64,000 nt of DNA, taken from NCBI GenBank assembly GCA_964575955.1, contig CAZNTG010000006.1:224001-288000 (forward strand), in the 5' to 3' direction. The stretch is from an uncultured Thermoproteaceae archaeon. Lineage in GTDB: Archaea > Thermoproteota > Thermoprotei > Thermoproteales > Thermocladiaceae. Below the pieces are notes generated by a model, which saw nothing but the letters and a program-made list of their open reading frames with translations, had not been told where the DNA came from and did not search any database. The translations under genes and the position numbers were made by a program. Positions 10,024 to 19,769 of the stretch are shown here, piece after piece (the first letter of the stretch is position 1; each line of letters opens with the position of its first letter).

Positions 10024-10887
10024 TTAGACTAGTAGAAATCTACTATAAGCATTTACTACATGTTTAACAAGTTGCTCAGATACGGTTTCTGATATGAATC
10101 TAGTATTGTCAGATGAGTATATATTCAAAAATTTGAGTATTGATTTACAAAATCTTATGAGATTGATACCTGAAAGCTTATTATAGATATTAAGAAGTTC
10201 TCTGTATAGACCTACATTACCATGAATTATATCTCTAAAAATTTTTGGTATTATATTTAGAAGAATATCAACTACACCATAACCTCCAGCTTCAATAAAT
10301 GGTAAAGCTAGATATCCATTTCCAATATATACAACAACACTCCTACCAACATCTTTTAAAGAGTATAAGATGTTTAATATATACTTAAAATCTCTCGAAG
10401 TTATTTTAAATCCAACTATATTTGAATACTCATATACTAGCTTAAATATCCAATCTACAGGTACTTCATAACCTTGAACGTTAGTGTATAGGTATACTAA
10501 GATCATGTTATCAAATATTTTACATATCTCTTCATAATACCTCAAGAATTGTCTAAATGTTGGTTTATAGTATAGTGGAGGTAGAGATATTATGTATTTA
10601 ATACTTAAATCTTTACAAACTCTTACCATACTATACACATCTTTAAGCGATATAGAGTGTACACCTACTACAAGCCTATCTGGATTATAGATATTTGATA
10701 CATACTCTACTAGTCTTATCTTCTCATTAATATTAAGACATGGCCATTCTCCAGATGTGCCTAGTATGAATATATTATCTACATGATATTTTAACAAATC
10801 TACATGTTTTGCTAGAGAGTTGTAATCTATCTCAAGATTATTATCAAATGGTGTTAGTAGAGGTATAACAAGTCTTCCTAAACTCAT
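10024..10887 (-). CDS. Dihydrodipicolinate synthase family aldolase (KDG aldolase-like)
   Basis: PLLTPF, LGTSGE, LPPLYY, LYLY, Schiff-base Lys in GFKIT. Confidence 0.8.
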   Translation of the reverse strand: MSLGRLVIPLLTPFDNNLEIDYNSLAKHVDLLKYHVDNIFILGTSGEWPCLNINEKIRLVEYVSNIYNPDRLVVGVHSISLKDVYSMVRVCKDLSIKYIISLPPLYYKPTFRQFLRYYEEICKIFDNMILVYLYTNVQGYEVPVDWIFKLVYEYSNIVGFKITSRDFKYILNILYSLKDVGRSVVVYIGNGYLALPFIEAGGYGVVDILLNIIPKIFRDIIHGNVGLYRELLNIYNKLSGINLIRFCKSILKFLNIYSSDNTRFISETVSEQLVKHVVNAYSRFLLV

Positions 10888-10945
10888 ATTTATTAATTAA
10901 AATTTAAGGATTTTAAAAGAGAGACAGTATATGTTTAGTATTTTA

Positions 10946-11629
10946 TTAACCTCTCTGTTTTACCAATGGTATGTGTAGTATATCTTTTACTATATCAAAC
11001 CTATTTACAATGTAGTCAAATAGTGCTACATTAACTATACCATCTATGAGTGATATTGGAAATTGTACTGGCATGTATAGCATGAATATTGTCCCTATGA
11101 GATGTAGTATGTTTATTAATGTGTGTCCCCAAGCTAGTGCTAATTCTATCGATGTTACTAAATACACTCCTAAATCTCCTACAACTCCACTTACGAAGAG
11201 TATTGTTGTTCTAGATGGAGATTTAGACATCTTAATTATAACTCTCCTAACGAGAAAGCTTAGAACTGCCGGTATTAATGCTAGTGATAGTGTATTTGCT
11301 CCAAGTGTTGTAAATCCTCCATGTCCGTAAAGTGCCTGTAGTATTAATACACAGAATGACATTAAGAATATCTCAGGTATTGAAAGTATTAGACCTGCTA
11401 ATGGAGTTCCACATGGATGTGAACATGAACCAGCAACAGGTACAGGTATATGCCAGCCACTTAACACGAATACTATAGCCATGAGTAGTAGAAACAGTTT
11501 TACATACTCAATACCGTACTGTCTAACATTATTCCTAAGTTTGTATATTCCATAGAATACTATTGGTAGAACTATTGCAAAGTATATCACACAGTGTAGT
11601 GGTGGTAGTGTACCATCTGCAAGATGCAT
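10946..11629 (-). CDS. cbiM: ECF cobalt/nickel transporter substrate-binding subunit CbiM
   Basis: N-terminal MHLADG, GSCSHPCG, HGGFTTLGAN. Confidence 0.9.
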   Translation of the reverse strand: MHLADGTLPPLHCVIYFAIVLPIVFYGIYKLRNNVRQYGIEYVKLFLLLMAIVFVLSGWHIPVPVAGSCSHPCGTPLAGLILSIPEIFLMSFCVLILQALYGHGGFTTLGANTLSLALIPAVLSFLVRRVIIKMSKSPSRTTILFVSGVVGDLGVYLVTSIELALAWGHTLINILHLIGTIFMLYMPVQFPISLIDGIVNVALFDYIVNRFDIVKDILHIPLVKQRG

Positions 11630-11644
11630 AGTTATCTACCCATG

Positions 11645-11710
11645 GTTTCAAGTTTTAACATTTTTAATATTTTACAGTTACAAATTATGAAAAACGTTAA
11701 AACTTGAGAC
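11645..11710. promoter_or_regulatory. Mirror-image bidirectional promoter between cbiM and cbiNQO
   Basis: 25-bp inverted repeat arms (22/25 identical, perfect core TCAAGTTTTAAC/GTTAAAACTTGA), 16-bp spacer; each arm places GTTAAAAC about 22 nt before an ATG. Confidence 0.7.
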
Positions 11711-11725
11711 TGAGCAATTACACAC

Positions 11726-11971
11726 ATGCAAAAGGGTAGAAAAGCAATACTCTTAATGTTTGGTATAATAGCACTAATAACAGCAATAATAGTAACAGCA
11801 CTTGGACTAGCTGGTATAAGTTTAGAAGAGCCAGAAGATATAGCAGCAACAAAGATACTACACCTAAAGATATTTCAAGTAATACCTGACCCAGTAGCTG
11901 ACTTTATAGCAATAGTACTTCCACTCATAGTTGGTATAGTGATAGGATATATAATAGGTGATAAGTTATGA
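11726..11971 (+). CDS. CbiN/PDGLE-like small membrane subunit
   Basis: Two TM helices flanking SLEEPED; first gene of cbiQO unit. Confidence 0.6.
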   Translation: MQKGRKAILLMFGIIALITAIIVTALGLAGISLEEPEDIAATKILHLKIFQVIPDPVADFIAIVLPLIVGIVIGYIIGDKL

Positions 11972-12741
11972 CGTTCGTGATAGATTACGATCAACTAGTA
12001 CCAATAATGTTCTTTATAGGAGTTGGTATAGGATATGTGTTAAGAAAGATAGTTAAGAGAAGAAGTGCCATTCTTGCAAGAGCAATACTATTCTTACTAA
12101 TATTTGTAATAATATTCTTAACAACATGTAAGATGTTTTTACTAGGACTATCAGCAATATCTCTCACAACCGCATTTTCGATAGTGTCATCTCATAGAGA
12201 GAGGGAGAGATATTTAGCATATATGGGTACTATAGGATTAACATTGTCAGCAATAGCTATATCAATGCTACTATGTGGATTATATACTGAGACACAATTA
12301 CTCATACTTAGAGTCTTAACAATAGGTATGTTATACATATCTCTAATACTTACACTACCCGTAACATCTCTAGCATATATGGTAAGACTATTCTTCGGAA
12401 ATTCATTGACAATGATGTTCTTAACAACATACTTAATATTTAGAAAAGTTGTAAGTATAATTGAAGAATTTACAACAAGCTTAAAGATTCATGAACAATA
12501 TATAAGAGGGATAATTAACAAGGTGAAATTTTCAATAGATGTGTTGAAGAGACGTGTAGTACCAATTTTAGAGAAAGCTATTGATGATATAACAGCATCA
12601 TTATGCTCGAGAGGTATAGACATAACAGGATGTAATGTGAAAATACCATTACAGGTAAAATTTACGAGAGATGATGCACTACTACTTACATCATTCACAG
12701 TACCAATACTACTACTTGCAGTACTATGTCACCTATTATAG
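11968..12741 (+). CDS. ECF transporter transmembrane T component (CbiQ-like)
   Basis: Hydrophobic, SLCSRG coupling-helix motif, precedes the ATPase. Confidence 0.7.
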   Translation: MTFVIDYDQLVPIMFFIGVGIGYVLRKIVKRRSAILARAILFLLIFVIIFLTTCKMFLLGLSAISLTTAFSIVSSHRERERYLAYMGTIGLTLSAIAISMLLCGLYTETQLLILRVLTIGMLYISLILTLPVTSLAYMVRLFFGNSLTMMFLTTYLIFRKVVSIIEEFTTSLKIHEQYIRGIINKVKFSIDVLKRRVVPILEKAIDDITASLCSRGIDITGCNVKIPLQVKFTRDDALLLTSFTVPILLLAVLCHLL

Positions 12742-13574
12742 AGGTTGAAGATATGTACTTCAGGTATAGGTCAGGAGAAGATTGGATACTTAAAGGAATA
12801 AATATGAGTATTGAAGAAGGATCTATTGTAACAATATTAGGCATGAATGGATCCGGAAAAACTACTCTACTTAAAATATTGTCAGGTATTTTAATACCTC
12901 AAAGAGGTAGAGTGAAGATATGTGATGTAGAGCTTAGTAAGAGAACTGCAGGAAAGGTTAGAGAGATTGTTGGATTAGTACTTCAAGATCCTGATACCCA
13001 TCTTCTAATGCCTACAGTTAGAGAAGAACTATCAATACCATTAATATCTAGAGGTTTTAGAGAAGAAGAGGTTTATAGGCGTGTGGAGTATATATCGAAA
13101 CTTGTAGGTATTCAAGACATACTCGATAAGAGTGTTGATGAGCTTAGCTTCGGTCAGAAGAAGAGGGTATCTATAGCATCAATACTCATAGCAGAGCCTA
13201 AGATACTATTGCTAGATGAGCCTACTCTAGGTCTAGATCCAATTACCTGCATATCACTTATGGACTTGGTTGTTGATATAGCTAAGAGAAAGAGAATGAC
13301 AGTAATATTCTCAACACAAGATCTCGATATTGCGGCACTATATGCAGAGTATGTATATGTTATGAGAGATGGTAAGATCGTTGCTTCAGGTTCTAGAGAT
13401 GATGTTCTTAGAAATTTTGAATTAATGAGAAATGTATGTGGACTTAGACTTACAAGGATTGGACATCTATTTGAGATTGCTAGTAAGAGAGGTCTAGTTA
13501 AGATTGATAGAATACCATTAACAATATCTGAAGCATTGAAAGTATTAGAGAGAAATCAGCTAGGGGATTATTAA
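12726..13574 (+). CDS. cbiO: ECF transporter ATPase CbiO
   Basis: GMNGSGKT, LQDPD, LSFGQKKR, LLLDEPT. Confidence 0.9.
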   Translation: MSPIIEVEDMYFRYRSGEDWILKGINMSIEEGSIVTILGMNGSGKTTLLKILSGILIPQRGRVKICDVELSKRTAGKVREIVGLVLQDPDTHLLMPTVREELSIPLISRGFREEEVYRRVEYISKLVGIQDILDKSVDELSFGQKKRVSIASILIAEPKILLLDEPTLGLDPITCISLMDLVVDIAKRKRMTVIFSTQDLDIAALYAEYVYVMRDGKIVASGSRDDVLRNFELMRNVCGLRLTRIGHLFEIASKRGLVKIDRIPLTISEALKVLERNQLGDY

Positions 13575-13605
13575 TCATCTATCATACCCAGCTGTAATTC
13601 ATCAT
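13556..13605 (-). ncRNA. Box C/D guide sRNA (probable 16S rRNA guide), overlaps cbiO 3' end antisense
   Basis: Minus strand ATGATGA-ATTACAGCTGGGT-ATGA-tag-ATGATTA-ATAATCCCCTAG-CTGA; TTACAGCTGGG complements the archaeal 16S motif CCCAGCUGUAA (recalled consensus). Confidence 0.75.
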
Positions 13606-13646
13606 TCATAAAAATATATGTACTAGACTATTTATAACTAATCTAG

Positions 13647-13697
13647 ATGATGTGAGAACTCCCCGACCTGAATTGATGAAGATGACCCTCTTGCTGA
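13647..13697 (+). ncRNA. Box C/D guide sRNA
   Basis: ATGATGT-GAGAACTCCCCGAC-CTGA-attg-ATGAAGA-TGACCCTCTTG-CTGA; C box one mismatch. Confidence 0.75.
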
Positions 13698-14696
13698 TTA
13701 CTTCTCAAATTCTTCTCTAAATATCATCTGTCTAATCTTTCTCCCAACCTGCTCTATCATATGATTACTCAACTCATCAAGTAGTTTTCTAAGTGTTGGA
13801 CAGCCATTCTCATACTCCTGTAACCATTCTTTAGCAAATTCTCCATTAATAACTCTCTGTGCAGCTTTTCTAATATTCTCTCTAACATGCTCATCAATTA
13901 CTTTAGGACCTACTGTAAGTCCTCCATATTTAGCTGTTTCACTAACAATCTGTAGCATTCCTGTTAGACCACCTCTCCATATTAGATCTACAATAAGCTT
14001 TAACTCATGTAGAACTTCAAAATAGCATACTTCGGGTTGATATCCAAGTTCTATCAATACTTCAAAAGCCTTCTTTATAAGTTCCATAACACCACCAACA
14101 AGAACACACTGCTCACCTATCAAGTCTGTCTCTGTCTCTTCTTTAAAACTTGAAAGTATTACTCCAGCTCTTGTAAATCCGTTAGCTTTAGCTATTGCAA
14201 GTGCGTAGTCTAGAGCTTTTTTAGAATAATCTTGATGTACTGCTACAAGTGCAGGTACGCCAAAACCTTTCAAATATAGTTCACGTACAGCAGATCCAGG
14301 ACCTTTAGGTGCTACGAGTACTACATCTACAAATTCTGGAGGTCTTATTAAGCCGTAATGTATTGTGAAGCCATGTGCAAAACATATTACCTGTCCAGGT
14401 TTTAGATTCTTCTCAATCTTCTCTTTCCAAACTTTTGGCTGAACCATGTCTGGTATTAGCATTACTATGACATCAGCTTTCTTAGAAGCTTCATCAATTT
14501 CATATACTTCAAAACCTTCTCTACTAGCTTCAGACCAACTTTTACCATCTCTTCTAAGACCAACGATAACGTTTAGACCACTATCTCTCATATTATAAGC
14601 CCATGCACGACCTTGAGAACCATATCCAATTATTGCTATAGTCTTATCTTTTAGAAGTGTTAGATCTGCATCTCGATCTGTGAATATCTTTGCCAT
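13698..14696 (-). CDS. ilvC: Ketol-acid reductoisomerase
   Basis: [37 protein letters not shown]. Confidence 0.96.
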   Translation of the reverse strand: MAKIFTDRDADLTLLKDKTIAIIGYGSQGRAWAYNMRDSGLNVIVGLRRDGKSWSEASREGFEVYEIDEASKKADVIVMLIPDMVQPKVWKEKIEKNLKPGQVICFAHGFTIHYGLIRPPEFVDVVLVAPKGPGSAVRELYLKGFGVPALVAVHQDYSKKALDYALAIAKANGFTRAGVILSSFKEETETDLIGEQCVLVGGVMELIKKAFEVLIELGYQPEVCYFEVLHELKLIVDLIWRGGLTGMLQIVSETAKYGGLTVGPKVIDEHVRENIRKAAQRVINGEFAKEWLQEYENGCPTLRKLLDELSNHMIEQVGRKIRQMIFREEFEK

Positions 14697-14755
14697 ACTT
14701 TTAGAAGATTTGTTTAATACTCTTTAAATTATTACTCACATTTTGAATATTTTTA

Positions 14756-14998
14756 TTAAGTAGAATCTTGAACAATCATCTCCTGAATTTCATATATTGA
14801 ACTTAGCTTACTTGTAAACCACTCTGGTTCTTGTGTATCAACCTTCAATTCTACCTGAACGACAGTACCGTTAAGTCTAAACTTCATCTCTCTAACTTCA
14901 GCTTTAGTACTACACTTCCTCAATACAGTTATTAATCTAGCAACAGCATCTAAACCACCTATTAGCTCCATGTGTAGAGTTAAGATTTTGCTACTCAT
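14756..14998 (-). CDS. ilvN: ACT-domain acetolactate synthase small subunit
   Basis: 80 aa ACT-like fold, between ilvB and ilvC, start overlaps ilvB stop. Confidence 0.65.
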   Translation of the reverse strand: MSSKILTLHMELIGGLDAVARLITVLRKCSTKAEVREMKFRLNGTVVQVELKVDTQEPEWFTSKLSSIYEIQEMIVQDST

Positions 14999-16719
14999 GT
15001 TCTCACCTCAGGAAACTTCATATCAATCTTCAACTCGCCTGGAAGCATGATTTCAGTAAGCCACTTCCCTGGTAGTACCCATGGCTTGACCATCTCAAAC
15101 TCCTTATCTATAGTTACATCAACTATTAGTGGTGTTCTATTTCTTATAGCTCTCCTAACAGCAATTTCAAGATCTCTATAACTTTCAGGTCTAACACCCT
15201 CAATTCCAAATGCTTCGGCAAACTTCACGAAGTCTGGATTACCATAGAAGTCAACTGCAATAATTCTACCACTATACATGACACGTTGCCACTGTCTAAC
15301 CATCTGTAGTGCACTATTGTTAAATATTGTAACTATGATATCTAAATTCCACTCACGTACAACACATAGATTTTGACAAGTCATTAGGAAGCTTCCATCA
15401 CCATCAATATCTAATACTGGTCTTTCAGGTCTTGCAAATTTTGCACCAATAGCTGCAGGTAGTCCAAATCCCATAGTTCCCAATCCTGCACTTGTGATAA
15501 ATGTTCCAGGTTTGATAACTTTCCAATGAATTTCACACCACATCTGATGTGCTCCAACACCTGTAGTAACTATCGCGTCTGGAGGTATGACATCTCTCAA
15601 ACATTTCAATACTTTCCAAGGTACTAGACCAGGAACATCATTACCATACTTAGATATGTAATCTTCAAACTTTCTTCTAATATCTTTCAACCATCTTACA
15701 AATTTATCATCTCTCTTTAATGCCCCAGGAATGTACTTTATCAACATCTCTAAGAATTCTCTAACATCACCTGCAATTGCTATTGTCGGTTTAACATTCT
15801 TACCAAGCTCTCCAGGATCAATATCTACATGAATTATCTTTCTACCCTTACTAAATTCAGAGTAGTTACATACTGTTCTATCTGAAAATCTTGTTCCAAG
15901 TGCAAGTACTACATCAGAATTTGCTAATGCTGCATTAGCTTCAGGTCTACCATGCATACCTGCAACACCCATAACTAGTGGATGATCTCCAGGTACTGCA
16001 TTCTTTCCTGGAAGTGTTGTAACTATTGGTGCTAATATCATCTCTGCAACTTTCAAAACTAGATCCCAAGCACCACTCCAATATACACCACCACCGACAA
16101 GTATTACAGGTCTTTCAGCTTCTACAAGTAGTTTAGCTGCTTGAGCAACCTTAGAAGGATCAGGTCTTGGTATTTCTCTGAAAACTCCAGGTATGTAAAA
16201 TTCCTCTTCTCTCTCAACCTTACCTGTCTGTGCATCTCTTGGAAAATCTATTAATACAGGTCCTGGTCTTCCATGCATTGCTATTCTGTAAGCCATTTTG
16301 AATATTGAACCAGCCTTATTTGGATCTCTAATAACTATGTTAAACTTAGTAACTGTAAATGTTGAACCAACCATATCTGTCTCCTGAAATGCGTCTTTAC
16401 CAAACATTGATAGTGGTACCTGACCTGTAATTGCTACTACAGGTGATGAATCCATATAAGCATTTGCAAGACCGGTAAATAGGTTTGTAGCACCTGGACC
16501 AGACGTTACAATTGTAACTCCTGGTCTTCTTAATACTCTAGCATATGAATCTGCTGCATGTATAGCACCTTGCTCATGTCTAAACAAGACTATCTTAATC
16601 CTATCCTTAACATTGTACAGTGCGTCATATACTGGCAATATTGCACCTCCAGGTATTCCAAATATTACATCAACACCACACTCGACTATTGCTTTAACTA
16701 GTGATTCAGCACCAATCAT
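14995..16719 (-). CDS. ilvB: Acetolactate synthase large subunit
   Basis: FGIPGG, RHEQGA, TSGPGATN, DAFQE, GLGTMGFG, GDGSF TPP motif. Confidence 0.96.
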   Translation of the reverse strand: MIGAESLVKAIVECGVDVIFGIPGGAILPVYDALYNVKDRIKIVLFRHEQGAIHAADSYARVLRRPGVTIVTSGPGATNLFTGLANAYMDSSPVVAITGQVPLSMFGKDAFQETDMVGSTFTVTKFNIVIRDPNKAGSIFKMAYRIAMHGRPGPVLIDFPRDAQTGKVEREEEFYIPGVFREIPRPDPSKVAQAAKLLVEAERPVILVGGGVYWSGAWDLVLKVAEMILAPIVTTLPGKNAVPGDHPLVMGVAGMHGRPEANAALANSDVVLALGTRFSDRTVCNYSEFSKGRKIIHVDIDPGELGKNVKPTIAIAGDVREFLEMLIKYIPGALKRDDKFVRWLKDIRRKFEDYISKYGNDVPGLVPWKVLKCLRDVIPPDAIVTTGVGAHQMWCEIHWKVIKPGTFITSAGLGTMGFGLPAAIGAKFARPERPVLDIDGDGSFLMTCQNLCVVREWNLDIIVTIFNNSALQMVRQWQRVMYSGRIIAVDFYGNPDFVKFAEAFGIEGVRPESYRDLEIAVRRAIRNRTPLIVDVTIDKEFEMVKPWVLPGKWLTEIMLPGELKIDMKFPEVRT

Positions 16720-16723
16720 ATTC

Positions 16724-16837
16724 TCACCTTAATGCACTTTTTAGAAGCTCTTGCACAGGTTCTACATATTTTGATGAGTATGTCCTTATTAGACTGATTG
16801 CTCTCTCTTGTCTGTCTAGTTCTACTACTATTTTCAA
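16724..16837 (-). CDS. Unannotated 37-aa ORF immediately upstream of ilvB
   Basis: TTG start, MKIVVELDRQERAISLIRTYSSKYVEPVQELLKSALR*; stop lies within GGTGA Shine-Dalgarno of ilvB; genome-typical codons. Confidence 0.45.
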   Translation of the reverse strand: MKIVVELDRQERAISLIRTYSSKYVEPVQELLKSALR

Positions 16838-16984
16838 CGTACCCGGCGACTCTTCTTGATAGGACAGAGAAGACTCATCCCGATCCAGAATGTACGGATG
16901 GTCTATCTTTTTAAGCGTTACCTATGGTTCATCAAAGAACCGCTAAGTAGGGAAATGTTTATAAGAGTTTATCTACGCAGTCAA

Positions 16985-18163
16985 TTGGGATCTTACATTG
17001 CTCAGCATTCAGATGTTAAATATGTCAGGATACTGGACACAACGTTGAGAGATGGTGAGCAAACTCCAGGTCTTGCTTTAAAACCTGAAGATAAGCTTAA
17101 GATTGCTCTCCTCTTAGAAGAATTGAATGTTGACTCGATAGAGGCTGGATTTCCAGCAGTTAGTCAAGGTGAGAGAATTGCAATTAAGATGATTACTAGA
17201 GAAGTTTCAAACTCTGAAATTGTAGCACTATGCAGATGTAATAAATCTGACATCGATATGGCTATTGACTGTGATGTAGATGCTGTTCACCTATTCATAG
17301 CAACATCAGACATACATCTGAAATATAAGTTGAAAATTACACGTGAAGAAGCACTTAGAAGAGCTATAGAATCTGTAGAATATGCAAAATCTCATGGGTT
17401 AACAGTAGAGTTCAGCGCTGAAGATTCAACAAGAACAGAATGGTCATGGTTAGCAAAATTCTTTCAAGCAGTTGTAGATGCTGGCGCTGATAGGATAGAT
17501 ATTGCAGATACTGTAGGTGTTATGTGGCCTTCAAAAATGTACTCACTTGTCAAGTACATAATAGAGAATGTTAAAGGAAGATACATACTAAGTGTACATT
17601 GTCATAACGATTTTGGAATGGCAACAGCAAACAGCATAGCAGCAGTTGAAGCAGGAGCAGGACAGGTACATGTGACAATTGCAGGATTAGGTGAGAGAGC
17701 TGGAAATGCACCACTTGAGGAAGTTGTAACAGCACTACACTTCCTACTAAACTACAGGACTAGGATAAGATTTGAAAAATTGAAGGAGGTCTGTGATCGT
17801 GTTTTAGAAATTACAAAATTCACAATATCACCAAACAAGCCTATAATAGGAATAAACGCATTTAGTCATGAATCAGGAATACATGTACATGGAGTTATAG
17901 AAAATCCACAGACATACGAACCAATACCACCAGAACTGATAGGTGCTAGAAGAAGAATTGTACTTGGAAAACATAGTGGAAGACATGCAGTAGAATTCAT
18001 ATTAAAGAGCATGGGAATAGAGCCAAAACCTGACATAGTTGAGAAAGTATTGTTAAAAATAAAAGAGCTTGGAGATCAGGGAGTTAAGATTGAGGATAGT
18101 GATATTAGAAGAATAATTGAGGAAATTCTAAATATTAAGAGTGAAAGAGCATGTCCAACATAG
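16985..18163 (+). CDS. leuA: 2-isopropylmalate synthase-like DRE-TIM enzyme lacking the C-terminal regulatory domain
   Basis: DTTLRDGEQ, HCHNDFG, GLGERAGN, HESGIH, LGKHSG; TTG start chosen about 20 nt after TTTATAA; divergent from ilvBNC. Homocitrate or citramalate synthase not excluded. Confidence 0.75.
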   Translation: MGSYIAQHSDVKYVRILDTTLRDGEQTPGLALKPEDKLKIALLLEELNVDSIEAGFPAVSQGERIAIKMITREVSNSEIVALCRCNKSDIDMAIDCDVDAVHLFIATSDIHLKYKLKITREEALRRAIESVEYAKSHGLTVEFSAEDSTRTEWSWLAKFFQAVVDAGADRIDIADTVGVMWPSKMYSLVKYIIENVKGRYILSVHCHNDFGMATANSIAAVEAGAGQVHVTIAGLGERAGNAPLEEVVTALHFLLNYRTRIRFEKLKEVCDRVLEITKFTISPNKPIIGINAFSHESGIHVHGVIENPQTYEPIPPELIGARRRIVLGKHSGRHAVEFILKSMGIEPKPDIVEKVLLKIKELGDQGVKIEDSDIRRIIEEILNIKSERACPT

Positions 18164-18636
18164 CAGAACTATTATCAACATGGGTTAAATATGAGAAAAT
18201 TAGAGATAAAACAATTGTAATATGTTCAAAATGTCTTAAAGATAGTGAGGAGTGGAGAGAAATAACTAAGCTAGGAGATATAGTACTACTAGCATGTCCT
18301 GAACAGGAGAAAGATACATACTTTGGAAAGATAGCAACAATAATAAGATGTTCTAAACCTAGAAGAATAATAGTCATAACGAGAGAAGGAAGTCCACATT
18401 GCTACCTACTACATGCAGCAATTAATCAAGCACTATTCATAACTAATGAGAAGATACTTATAGAACACTACGTTGTATATAATAGACAAATATTGAAAAT
18501 TAGTATTGAAGCAGTACAAGTATCTAGATACTTACACATAGTTGAAAAACTCATTAGAAATAATCCACATATAGTAGATGAATTGAGAAGAGTTAGTCTA
18601 GAAGCATCAAAACTATCTAACAAGTCTAATCTCTGA
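18151..18636 (+). CDS. Small putative Fe-S protein
   Basis: ICSKC, LACPE, GSPHC motifs. Confidence 0.5.
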   Translation: MSNIAELLSTWVKYEKIRDKTIVICSKCLKDSEEWREITKLGDIVLLACPEQEKDTYFGKIATIIRCSKPRRIIVITREGSPHCYLLHAAINQALFITNEKILIEHYVVYNRQILKISIEAVQVSRYLHIVEKLIRNNPHIVDELRRVSLEASKLSNKSNL

Positions 18637-19680
18637 AATATAAGATGTGTATAGACCTCTCCTAGACGTAATTGTGAGATAGTAACATCCATTCTTTCTA
18701 ATTTTAAACTTTGGTTTAAACTGTATCACTATAACCTCATATTCACCAGGTTTAACAGTACTAGTATATGTATACTTCACAGTTACATACTTATAATATT
18801 TAGAAACTATAAATTTTGGAATTATCCTGTATACAGTATCGTTAATTCTATAAACTATATCTTTTAATGAAAATGTTACATCTTTAAAATCGAATGGTGT
18901 TAATATCAACGGTGTAGAGGATAATGTACCAAGAAATGTTGTTAACCTATATCTCAAAACTTCTAAATTATCTAAATAACTTGTGAAGATAAGATTGTTT
19001 GTAAGTATGCTACTTCTAGTAAATGTTGCAGATATGTTATATGTATGTACTCCACTTCCTACATTAAGTGTTGAAATGTCTAGTATAACTCCCTGACCTG
19101 TAGCTGTCACACCATATACCATGAATATAGCGTTTATTTGACCTGTGTTAACTACGTCCAGTATTATGCATAGGTAATCAAATATTTGAATTGTGTAACC
19201 TGTAATTACTATAATATTAGAGAGACATATATATGACAGCGTGTAGCCATTAGAACTCATAGATATGATTTTGAGACTATTTATCTGAATGCTAGCATTA
19301 ACTCCATAAAGAACTGCAGATATTACTTGTCTTGTAGAATTTAAGACTAGAGTTCTATTATACATAACTTCTCTCCTCCTTACTATCACTGTCTCATTCT
19401 TTGGACACTCTAGAACCTGTAGGACAGCCCCATTACAATCATGTATTATTATGGACTCTAAAGTTACATTTTGAGAACCCATGTTTAGAACTTTCAGGTA
19501 TAGTCTAGCCCTTCCACTAGATGTGTTGTACTCTAATTCTGAATTTATTTGTAATGGTTGAATCTGTGGTACACTATTGTCTAGTGAGGACTGTTGACTT
19601 GACATTATGAACATGTATATGAATATTGAAGCTATAGCAATTATACATATGAGTACTATGGTGGCGGCTATATTCACCAT
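18613..19680 (-). CDS. Archaeal pilin/flagellin-like surface protein with large insertion
   Basis: Hydrophobic N-terminal helix, LYLKVLNMGSQNVTL...VKPGE...YYLTITSRRG pilin-type pattern. Confidence 0.45.
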   Translation of the reverse strand: MVNIAATIVLICIIAIASIFIYMFIMSSQQSSLDNSVPQIQPLQINSELEYNTSSGRARLYLKVLNMGSQNVTLESIIIHDCNGAVLQVLECPKNETVIVRRREVMYNRTLVLNSTRQVISAVLYGVNASIQINSLKIISMSSNGYTLSYICLSNIIVITGYTIQIFDYLCIILDVVNTGQINAIFMVYGVTATGQGVILDISTLNVGSGVHTYNISATFTRSSILTNNLIFTSYLDNLEVLRYRLTTFLGTLSSTPLILTPFDFKDVTFSLKDIVYRINDTVYRIIPKFIVSKYYKYVTVKYTYTSTVKPGEYEVIVIQFKPKFKIRKNGCYYLTITSRRGLYTSYISEIRLVR

Positions 19681-19769
19681 AGCTTGACTCGTCAGGATAC
19701 ATACTATTCTACATTTTTAAACACTTTCTCAGTAGTAATATATTATAAGGTGTTTTCATACTAAGATTT

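Noticed and set aside
16771-16797. TTGATGA...CTGA possible C/D sRNA
   Set aside because: Only one box pair, no C'/D partner; lies antisense to the 37-aa ORF
16856-16984. N-terminal extensions of leuA (and likewise hisF, MtrA-like, purC, dsrA, dsrB) in the ORF track
   Set aside because: Extensions overlap or crowd TATA boxes and intergenic structure; homology begins at later starts
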